DNA from: Patescibacteria group bacterium
Lineage (GTDB): Bacteria; Patescibacteriota; Patescibacteriia; DYHP01
NCBI GenBank assembly: GCA_034716735.1
Contig: JAYEKT010000064.1
Location: forward strand, 1-33,945
Direction of reading: 5' to 3'
DNA length: 33,945 nt
Every line of letters begins with the position of its first letter. The first letter of the stretch is position 1. Below the pieces are notes generated by a model. The model was not told where the DNA came from. It saw only the letters and a list, made by a program, of their open reading frames with translations, and did not search any database. A program made the position numbers and the translations under genes. This document shows, one piece after another, positions 8,479 through 15,125 of this stretch.

Positions 8479-8907
8479 TTATAACTTACTTTTATACAGC
8501 TCCAGAAATTTGGGAAACTGGGAATGTGTTTTGTCTGGTAAAGTATCTAATGTAAACCAAGACAGAGCATCAAATTTATGGGGTTCGCCATTTTTGACTT
8601 TTTGCGGGTCAACCAAAACTTTGAAATCAAGCGCAACCCAATGTGTTTTACTTCCTTTATGTTCACGGTGTACATCGCGGTAACCTAAAAATTCATAATT
8701 TAATACATCTGTGCAATATTCTTCTTTTATTTCTTTTCGCAAGGTTTGTTCTATTGTGAGTCCAAAGTCCAATCCACCGCCTCCATGATCCCAACAACCA
8801 TATTCATCGCGACAGTTGACGCTTCTTTTGTTCATTACAAAATTTCCTTTGCCGTCGTGGCAAAAATAAACAAGCGCAACGTCAGTGTAATCAAATCCTT
8901 TTTTCAT
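8479..8907 (-). CDS. NUDIX hydrolase
   Basis: Nudix box 'GGGLDFGLTIEQTLRKEIKEEYC'. Start moved to the MKKGFDY Met at 8907, because the longer listed ORF runs through the upstream terminator. Confidence 0.8.
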   Translation of the reverse strand: MKKGFDYTDVALVYFCHDGKGNFVMNKRSVNCRDEYGCWDHGGGGLDFGLTIEQTLRKEIKEEYCTDVLNYEFLGYRDVHREHKGSKTHWVALDFKVLVDPQKVKNGEPHKFDALSWFTLDTLPDKTHSQFPKFLELYKSKL

Positions 8908-8926
8908 ATTTATTAGTTTAGCACAA

Positions 8927-8959
8927 AATAAAAAAACACGACACCCGAGTGTCGTGTTT
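8927..8959 (-). terminator. intrinsic terminator after the histidine phosphatase gene
   Basis: On the minus strand: AAACACGACAC-TCGG-GTGTCGTGTTT followed by a T-run. Confidence 0.75.
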
Positions 8960-8965
8960 GTGATT

Positions 8966-9511
8966 TTAATATTCAATAATTCTATACTCTCCTCTTTGCA
9001 TCATTGGATTATCATTTCCAAGGGCTGTTAGCATAGTGCAGAATAACCAACCGTGCGCTACAATTAAAACAATGTCATCTTCGGTGAATTTTTGTCTGCA
9101 ATCTTCAAGAACTTGAATAAAACGTTTCATAACACTAACGCTATCTTCCCCGCCGACTGGTCTGTAATCATAATGTTTGCAACTATACAAAGTTTCATGT
9201 GTTAGAATACCACGAAATTGTTTTCTTGCTTCGGGTAATGTTAGCCCTTCTACTGCTCCAAAACTACACTCTTCTAATCCATTATTCAAAGATACATCTA
9301 CCTTGAGTTTCAGATAAATCATTATAGTAGTTTGAACTGCGCGGTTGAGAGGTGAAGAGATTATTTTTGTAATTCCCAAGCCCATTAGTTTTTTCGCAGT
9401 TTCTTTAGCATCTTCAAATCCTTGGTCATTTAAGTTGTTGTTGGTATGTCCTTGTATTCTATTTTGTTCATTCCAATCTGTAGTACCATGCCGAACCAAG
9501 ATGAATCTCAT
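8966..9511 (-). CDS. histidine phosphatase family protein (phosphoglycerate mutase-like)
   Basis: 'ILVRHGTTDWN' RHG motif and C-terminal 'LIVAHG'. GAGGTAAGA SD upstream. Confidence 0.8.
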   Translation of the reverse strand: MRFILVRHGTTDWNEQNRIQGHTNNNLNDQGFEDAKETAKKLMGLGITKIISSPLNRAVQTTIMIYLKLKVDVSLNNGLEECSFGAVEGLTLPEARKQFRGILTHETLYSCKHYDYRPVGGEDSVSVMKRFIQVLEDCRQKFTEDDIVLIVAHGWLFCTMLTALGNDNPMMQRGEYRIIEY

Positions 9512-9513
9512 TC

Positions 9514-10146
9514 TTACCTCCCCAATTCTTTTTTCAGAAATTCCATTGCGTTTCTTGATTTGTGTACCAATGAGTGATTAGAATTTGCTGTTTCTCCGCT
9601 CACATGGAGATGCAAGAGATGGTGTATTGATACTTCAAACAAATCATTAGCATATTGCATCGTTATATCATGTTCATAGGCATGCTGAACATCCAAGACA
9701 AAACCAAGGTCAATACTTTTTACTAGTCCTTCCAGCTCATTGATATCAAAGCCACTATCTTTGTTTTTGTCCATATTCTCAATTGCCAAAGGAACACCAT
9801 TGGAAACCAGCTCCTCATAAAAATCTACAGGATAATCGCCATTTACCTTGGTAGGATGAATTAATACTGTATCCATACGATGAGAATCAACAAGTTGTCT
9901 TGCTGTTGCGACATGGTCTTTTGTTTCCAAAGTATAGACAAGTCCAGGAAGATGAAGTGAGCGGTATGATAAACCTGCAACGTCAAAGGCCTTGCCGTTT
10001 CTCAAAGAATTTATTCTTGCGCCTTCCCATGCATCTAGAATTATCTCTACGCTACTAGTTTTTACTGCCCTTAGAATTTTTTCCTGCTCATTTAACAAAT
10101 AAAGTCCACTCGCATACATCCATCTAGTCGATGGTCCGATTCGCAT
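9514..10146 (-). CDS. xylose-isomerase-like TIM-barrel protein (sugar phosphate isomerase/epimerase or AP-endonuclease-2 family)
   Basis: 'LHLPG', 'AIENM', 'LDVQHAYEH', 'HLHVSGE' pattern. Start placed at MRIGPS (10146), which is preceded by GGAGGAAAAAGAC. Confidence 0.55.
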   Translation of the reverse strand: MRIGPSTRWMYASGLYLLNEQEKILRAVKTSSVEIILDAWEGARINSLRNGKAFDVAGLSYRSLHLPGLVYTLETKDHVATARQLVDSHRMDTVLIHPTKVNGDYPVDFYEELVSNGVPLAIENMDKNKDSGFDINELEGLVKSIDLGFVLDVQHAYEHDITMQYANDLFEVSIHHLLHLHVSGETANSNHSLVHKSRNAMEFLKKELGR

Positions 10147-10222
10147 GTCTTTTTCCTCCTTTGTTTTCAAGGTACGTTTATTTCTTCTAAGCTTAATATA
10201 AAAAAAGATTTTTGTCAAAGGG

Positions 10223-10251
10223 ATTGACTCAAACTGATTTATGTGGTACTA
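10223..10251 (+). promoter_or_regulatory. sigma70-type promoter of the tRNA-Val/Ala locus
   Basis: TTGACT, 17 nt, TACTAT. It ends 12 nt before the first copy of the tRNA-Val 5' end (10264). Confidence 0.6.
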
Positions 10252-10297
10252 TAGTACAAGTTAGGGCGGTTAGCCCCTCACACGGGAGCTTATAGAT

Positions 10298-10552
10298 ATG
10301 TTTTATATTTATATACTGAAAAGCAAAAAAGATGATAGTATTTACATAGGTTATACAAATGACCTGAAAAGACGTTTTGAAGAACACAATAATCTAAAGA
10401 GTAAATCTACAAAAAACAAAGCGCCGTTTGAGCTCATTTATTATGAATCCTATAAGTCAGAATCCGATGCAAAATACAGAGAGAAAAATTTAAAAAGATT
10501 TGCGGGCGCATATACAAGCTTGAGCAGACGAATCAAAAATAGCTTGTTGTAA
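10298..10552 (+). CDS. stand-alone GIY-YIG nuclease-domain protein (84 aa), copy 1
   Basis: 'FYIYILKS...SIYIGYTNDLKRRFEEHN' GIY/YIG/R/E/N motifs. GGGAG lies 9 nt upstream of the ATG, inside the left IR. Confidence 0.85.
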   Translation: MFYIYILKSKKDDSIYIGYTNDLKRRFEEHNNLKSKSTKNKAPFELIYYESYKSESDAKYREKNLKRFAGAYTSLSRRIKNSLL

Positions 10553-10599
10553 GCTCCCGTGTGAGGGGCGGTTAGCCCCTCACACGGGAGCTTATAGAT

Positions 10600-10854
10600 A
10601 TGTTTTATATTTATATACTGAAAAGCAAAAAAGATGATAGTATTTACATAGGTTATACAAATGACCTGAAAAGACGTTTTGAAGAACACAATAATCTAAA
10701 GAGTAAATCTACAAAAAACAAAGCGCCGTTTGAGCTCATTTATTATGAATCCTATAAGTCAGAATCCGATGCAAAATACAGAGAGAAAAATTTAAAAAGA
10801 TTTGCGGGCGCATATACAAGCTTGAGCAGACGAATCAAAAATAGCTTGTTGTAA
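10600..10854 (+). CDS. stand-alone GIY-YIG nuclease-domain protein, copy 2 (identical)
   Basis: Nucleotide-identical to copy 1. Confidence 0.85.
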   Translation: MFYIYILKSKKDDSIYIGYTNDLKRRFEEHNNLKSKSTKNKAPFELIYYESYKSESDAKYREKNLKRFAGAYTSLSRRIKNSLL

Positions 10855-10867
10855 GCTCCCGTGTGAG

Positions 10868-10944
10868 GGGCGGTTAGCTCAGTTGGTTAGAGTGTCGCAT
10901 TGACATTGCGGAGGTCACAGGTTCGAATCCTGTACCGCCCACCA
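10868..10944 (+). tRNA. tRNA-Val (anticodon GAC), CCA encoded
   Basis: Hand-folded cloverleaf: acceptor GGGCGGT/ACCGCCC, D arm GCTC..GAGT, anticodon stem TCGCA/TGCGG with loop TTGACAT, T arm ACAGG-TTCGAAT-CCTGT, A73, CCA. Confidence 0.9.
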
Positions 10945-10947
10945 TAA

Positions 10948-11021
10948 GGGCCCTTAGCTCATTTTGGTAGAGCACTGCACTTGCACTGCAGAGGTGGCGA
11001 GTTCGATTCTCGCAGGGTCCA
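10948..11021 (+). tRNA. tRNA-Ala (anticodon UGC), no CCA encoded
   Basis: Acceptor GGGCCCT/AGGGTCC with the G3:U70 Ala identity pair. Anticodon loop CTTGCAC. T arm GCGAG-TTCGATT-CTCGC. A73 is followed by TAG. Confidence 0.9.
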
Positions 11022-11025
11022 TAGA

Positions 11026-11058
11026 AAAATACCTCACCTTTTGGTGGGGTATTTTTTT
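11026..11058. terminator. intrinsic terminator after tRNA-Ala (also faces the fic 3' end)
   Basis: AAAATACCTCACC-TTTT-GGTGGGGTATTTT followed by T7. Confidence 0.75.
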
Positions 11059-11108
11059 ATTGTAGAATTGCAAGAGTGGTGTCTGTAAAATATACCTTTG
11101 TATATATC

Positions 11109-12437
11109 CTAATGCAGTAATTCTTTTATTTTGTCGGTAGAATAATACAATACGTTTCTGCCTCTTTTTTTTGTATACAAAAACCCCGATCTTTTTAATT
11201 TCTTAAGATCGTTTATAGCTGTTTTTTTAGATACCTGATAAATATTCGTGTAAGTTTTTGTTGTCGTGTAAGCATCCTTTTCTTCAAAATAATATTGTAG
11301 CAATCTAATTTGTCTGTCATTCAAATTATATTTATTTTTCGATAACTTATTTATTATTCTATTTTCGCCCGCTTTAGTGGTCGCATAATCCTTAAATTCA
11401 TCTATTGCCTGTTCTATTTTTCTAATATTATAATCAATAAAATAAGTTAAGTCGTTATCATCTTGTTCGCTATAAACATAGGCCATTCCATATTGTTTAG
11501 AAGAATTTTTTATTATCTTTGAAATGGGTAAATATGCAAATGCCCAATATCCATTTCTTAAAAGATACCAATAAAATAATGCCCGTGCTATTCTTCCATT
11601 GCCGTCTGGAAACGGATGTAAATACCCTATCCAAAAATGGATCATAATAGCTTTTATAACTGGATGCAAGAAAGGTTCCCCAAATTCATCATTAGCAAAT
11701 TTTATTAAGCGATTTAATTCCTCTTTAACAAACTTAATATTTGGGGCAATGTGATAAATTATTTTATCATCAGTTACAATAATATCCTCTTCTTTGTTTC
11801 TAATCCTCCCCTCTTGGTCAGGATTCTCAAAAGTATCCTTAGTTATCATTTTATGTAATTCTATCATCATCTCCAAAGAAAGGATCTTCTCTTTATACTC
11901 CTCCTCTATTGCCTTCATTGTTTCATAATTATTTAGAATCATCTTTTCATCAGTGGTTCTAGGTTTTCTACCTTCTTGTATCATTTTTTTAGCAACTCTT
12001 CTGGTTGTATGTGCGCCCTCTAATTGAGATGATGCTATTGCCTCTTCAATAATACCCCGTGATATGAACTGCATTTTCTTTTTCTCATCTATATCGGCGC
12101 TTGGAATTTTAAGTTGGCCACCAGTATCAAAATCTATATTATGAAAAAATTCTTCTAATCCTGGCAAAGTCTTAATCCATGTAAAAATATTTCCATCTTC
12201 ATCCTTAATAATAGTTTCAGTTTTAATGTATCCTCTAATAGTTTTAACAACATGCCAAAATTGTTCTGGTGTTACGCCTTGAGGCATTTTTTTATATTGT
12301 GATTTTTCCCAAGAAATATATGGCTTAAATGTAGATTGGACAGCATCAAATAAACCCTTATTTTTAGGATTTTCTAATAACTTTGCTACTTTATCTTTAT
12401 CCTCTTGAGATAATTTAGGTTTTCTTAAAACGTACAT
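11109..12437 (-). CDS. fic: Fic-family protein (AMPylase-type) with C-terminal wHTH-like tail
   Basis: 'HPFPDGNGRIARAL' matches the Fic motif HxFx(D/E)GNGRxxR. 'SSQLEG' matches the inhibitory (S/T)xxxE(G/N) helix. Confidence 0.9.
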   Translation of the reverse strand: MYVLRKPKLSQEDKDKVAKLLENPKNKGLFDAVQSTFKPYISWEKSQYKKMPQGVTPEQFWHVVKTIRGYIKTETIIKDEDGNIFTWIKTLPGLEEFFHNIDFDTGGQLKIPSADIDEKKKMQFISRGIIEEAIASSQLEGAHTTRRVAKKMIQEGRKPRTTDEKMILNNYETMKAIEEEYKEKILSLEMMIELHKMITKDTFENPDQEGRIRNKEEDIIVTDDKIIYHIAPNIKFVKEELNRLIKFANDEFGEPFLHPVIKAIMIHFWIGYLHPFPDGNGRIARALFYWYLLRNGYWAFAYLPISKIIKNSSKQYGMAYVYSEQDDNDLTYFIDYNIRKIEQAIDEFKDYATTKAGENRIINKLSKNKYNLNDRQIRLLQYYFEEKDAYTTTKTYTNIYQVSKKTAINDLKKLKRSGFLYTKKRGRNVLYYSTDKIKELLH

Positions 12438-12469
12438 AAAATATAAATAGATTAAAATAAGTATAGCAT

Positions 12470-12552
12470 ATACCTATTATATACCTATTTTATACCTTTT
12501 GTCAAGACGGGTGTAATGTATACCTATACTACACCTATTTTACACCTTTTTG
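12470..12552. repeat. two clusters of three 11-bp-phased AYACCTWTTWT repeats
   Basis: ACCT cores at 12472, 12483, 12494 and at 12522, 12533, 12544. A related TATACCTTTG is at 11091-11100, beyond the fic 3' end. Confidence 0.8.
12476..12505 (-). promoter_or_regulatory. fic promoter
   Basis: Minus strand: TTGACA (12505-12500), 18 nt, TATAAT (12481-12476). The spacer is filled by the first repeat cluster. Confidence 0.6.
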
Positions 12553-12612
12553 CAATTCCTTATATTATCCCACAACCGCAACTCCTCCAAAAACTCGTTC
12601 CAATGAAATGTT

Positions 12613-12625
12613 GCAGGGTCCACCA
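12613..12625 (+). repeat. displaced copy of the tRNA-Ala 3' end (GCAGGGTCCA + CCA)
   Basis: GCAGGGTCCA is identical to 11012-11021. Here it is followed by CCA and a hairpin/T7 terminator (12630-12657) whose 3' half resembles that at 11043-11058. Confidence 0.5.
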
Positions 12626-12658
12626 CAAAGAACATCCTGAAAGGGGTGTTTTTTTGTA

Positions 12659-12687
12659 TTGACAAAAAGTTGTTTTTGTCTTAAGCT
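12659..12687 (+). promoter_or_regulatory. possible promoter of the orphan radical SAM gene
   Basis: TTGACA, 17 nt, TAAGCT (weak -10). Strong AAGGGGAGGAAAGC-ATG SD downstream. Confidence 0.35.
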
Positions 12688-12733
12688 TAATAAAATTAAA
12701 TGATCTTTTAAAAAACAACAAGGGGAGGAAAGC

Positions 12734-13585
12734 ATGCAGGTATGTCTATTCGTAAATTCAGAATGTAACGCGAGGTGTAAACATTGTTGTTTATCATATT
12801 CTGGCTCAAGAGATCCAGAAGATTCATTAAAGATAGTAAAACAGTTGAGAGATAACAGGCATAAAGTAATTATTGCCGGTAGCGAGATATTGTTGAATCC
12901 TGAATATCTTAAATCGTATCAGAGGGCTGGACAGAATTATCTACTAACAAATGGAATTATCTTAGACAGAGATAAGGCGACATATGATTTGTTGAGGAAA
13001 CATGGAATTGAGGAGTTGGGGCTTAGTATTCATTTCGGGATTCAGAGAGATTTAGGAAGCGTGCCCGAAGATTTGGTAGTTAGAGTGATAAAAGAAAGTA
13101 GAAGAAGGGAATTTAGAATTAAGATTACTACAACAATCACCTCGGGAAACTACAGTATCATTGAACAAATGTGTGAGAAGGCAACAGGACTTGATGCCTA
13201 CATGATTCAATTTTTTAGGTTTGTGAGTATTGGAAGAGGAAATACAAGAGGAGAATTAGCGCTATCGCCAGAACAAGTAGATGAATTTTTTGCACAGGTA
13301 GAAGAATTGAGAAAAAAATATCCCAAGTCAATTCTTGAGATAAGACCGCATGGAAATTTTGGTCCCAGACCTGGTTCAAAAGGCGAACGGCTTGCTAAAA
13401 AGAATAGATATTGTCCGGCGGGAAAGGATTTGGTTGTGATTGATTCGCAAAATAGAGTTTATGGTTGCCCATTCTGCATGAGCCCAGAAAATGTAATTGG
13501 AAGATACGAAGACGGAAAGATTGTGATTGAAAGGGGGATATTAAAAGGAAAAAGAGATACTTGTATTGCGCATTTGCTTATTTAG
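12734..13585 (+). CDS. radical SAM protein with SPASM/twitch-like C-terminal Cys cluster
   Basis: 'CNARCKHC' CX3CX2C at residues 11-18. C-terminal 'YCPAGKD...VYGCPFC'. Confidence 0.8.
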   Translation: MQVCLFVNSECNARCKHCCLSYSGSRDPEDSLKIVKQLRDNRHKVIIAGSEILLNPEYLKSYQRAGQNYLLTNGIILDRDKATYDLLRKHGIEELGLSIHFGIQRDLGSVPEDLVVRVIKESRRREFRIKITTTITSGNYSIIEQMCEKATGLDAYMIQFFRFVSIGRGNTRGELALSPEQVDEFFAQVEELRKKYPKSILEIRPHGNFGPRPGSKGERLAKKNRYCPAGKDLVVIDSQNRVYGCPFCMSPENVIGRYEDGKIVIERGILKGKRDTCIAHLLI

Positions 13586-13593
13586 ATTTAAAA

Positions 13594-13625
13594 AACCCGA
13601 TGTGTATCGGGTTTTATTTTTTATT
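13594..13625. terminator. bidirectional intrinsic terminator
   Basis: AACCCGAT-GTGT-ATCGGGTT with an A5 run upstream and a T-rich run downstream. Confidence 0.8.
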
Positions 13626-13797
13626 TCAACATTTCGGCGATTTTATTGAAAGTAAAACGGCGCATACCATGGTGCGGTATAGATACTCCTTGTGACCAGC
13701 GTCTGATAGTTGGTCTTGCAGTATCAAACAATCTTGATAGTTTTTCTTCATCACAACCTTCCAGTTCGAGAGCGATAGAGATGACTTTTTGGAACAA
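13621..13797 (-). CDS. possible small XRE-type HTH protein (TTG start, 58 aa; start uncertain)
   Basis: Hand translation of the minus strand gives '...EEKLSRLFDTARPTIRRWSQGVSIPHHGMRRFTFNKIAEMLK*', a classic HTH pattern. The frame is open back to 13857 and has no ATG. Confidence 0.35.
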   Translation of the reverse strand: MFQKVISIALELEGCDEEKLSRLFDTARPTIRRWSQGVSIPHHGMRRFTFNKIAEMLK

Positions 13798-13857
13798 ATC
13801 TTTGTTTACAATATCTTCTTTAGTATAATTTTCACAAAGATTTTTCAGCTTTGTTTT

Positions 13858-14988
13858 TTAAAGAACTAATTTTCTTACCTCATCAACTACCCACTTTTCA
13901 GATTTTATCAAATCCTTATCTGTTACGCAAAACTTAATTTCATTATTAATAATTACATAAGGTTCATTGAAATTCATTGCTAGTTTTTTCAAATCAAAAT
14001 TTCTTCCAGCGCGAAGGAGACAGCAAATAGAATCAGAATCTTCATATATAAAAAGGACGAGCTTTGCTTCTGGCGAATTTATTATCAATTCATCAATAAC
14101 ATCTGGCAAATGTTTCGCATCTGCGCCTGCTTTTATGAAATCTTGTCGAGACAAAACTGACCAGACAAGCCCAATATTATCATCGTGTTTTAGTCCTGCA
14201 AGCGCTCTTCCCCAAAGTTTTAAAATTGGAACAGTTTGTTGTTTATATAAATTATTAACTATCTTTTCTCGCTTTGCGCCCATAGAAATAAGACGCCCTG
14301 CAATATCTAATGTGCGGGGCGTTATGTTTTCTGTTTTAAAACTTTTTGTTTTTGAAATAATTCCTGTTAAAAAGTATGTAGAAATATCTTCATCAATAAT
14401 TTGTTCATTTTCATTAAAAATATTATAAATAATTTCAGAAATTGATGTCGCAGATAAGTCCACCAAATTTATTTGTCCAAAGCGTGTATTTTCTGGCTTG
14501 TGGTCTATATTAACAATTGGAGTATGATAGAAAAAGTCCAGATTTTTTTCATAAATTTTTCCTAGTGTTTCAAGATTTTCCGCGTCAAGCGTAAAAATAA
14601 TATCATAATTAAATTTTGATGAACCAAATTTGATGTTTTCGGTCTTTATACTGCCTTCTTTTAATCTGAGAGAGATATTTAACTTGTTGTTTTTATGAAA
14701 ATGATCTACAGTATCAATTTTATCTTCTGGAATCTCAATTGAAATTAAATAATTTTGTAGATTAACAAGATTTGGTGAAATTAAATTTATTTTAGGTAGA
14801 AATTCAATTGGTTTTGTAGAGGCAAAATTATGCGAAACAATAGTCGGATTTTTTTTCAAATCCATACATAGTAAATATAATCCTAAACTAGATGCTATTG
14901 CATCGTGTGATGGGTTCTCTGCAAGAACTATAAGTGGTTTTTTGCTCTCACCAAGAATTGTCTTAATTTGTGCTATTTCGTCATTCAT
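13858..14988 (-). CDS. DHH-family phosphoesterase (NrnA-like), catalytic motifs partly degenerate
   Basis: 'PSHDAIASSLGLYL' (where DGDAIGS is usual), 'NIDHKPEN' (where DHH is usual), 'LTGIISKTKSF'. No GGGH motif seen in the DHHA1 region. Confidence 0.55.
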   Translation of the reverse strand: MNDEIAQIKTILGESKKPLIVLAENPSHDAIASSLGLYLLCMDLKKNPTIVSHNFASTKPIEFLPKINLISPNLVNLQNYLISIEIPEDKIDTVDHFHKNNKLNISLRLKEGSIKTENIKFGSSKFNYDIIFTLDAENLETLGKIYEKNLDFFYHTPIVNIDHKPENTRFGQINLVDLSATSISEIIYNIFNENEQIIDEDISTYFLTGIISKTKSFKTENITPRTLDIAGRLISMGAKREKIVNNLYKQQTVPILKLWGRALAGLKHDDNIGLVWSVLSRQDFIKAGADAKHLPDVIDELIINSPEAKLVLFIYEDSDSICCLLRAGRNFDLKKLAMNFNEPYVIINNEIKFCVTDKDLIKSEKWVVDEVRKLVL

Positions 14989-15086
14989 GATTATTTACGC
15001 TTCGCGTAAAGCCCTGCTACGAATAGGGCACACGCGAATATTTTTCGTTTTAATTAATTACATCATCATATAATAAGGCGAAAAAC

Positions 15087-15115
15087 TTGTCAACCCCGTT
15101 GTATTCAGGTACAAT
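15087..15115 (+). promoter_or_regulatory. valS promoter
   Basis: TTGTCA, 17 nt, TACAAT. The -10 ends 10 nt before the ATG at 15126. Confidence 0.55.
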
Positions 15116-15125
15116 TTGTGTATAT

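Larger units (their letters stand above)
10264..10878 (+). mobile_element. 2 x 302-bp identical tandem units, each a GIY-YIG ORF bounded by inverted repeats, each preceded by the first 11 nt of tRNA-Val
   Basis: 10264-10565 equals 10566-10867. GGGCGGTTAGC occurs at 10264, 10566 and 10868 (the true tRNA start). IR CCCCTCACACGGGAGC (10274-10289, 10576-10591) pairs with GCTCCCGTGTGAGGGG (10553-10568, 10855-10870). Confidence 0.7.

Noticed and set aside
10264-10878. Possibility that the 302-bp tandem repeat is a CRISPR-like or satellite array.
   Set aside because: There are only two units. Each contains a complete protein-coding gene, and there is no spacer/repeat alternation.
14989-15125. T-box or other riboswitch leader upstream of valS-tyrS.
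   Set aside because: The intergenic region is only about 137 nt. A good promoter sits about 10 nt from the ATG, and I saw no specifier or antiterminator architecture.
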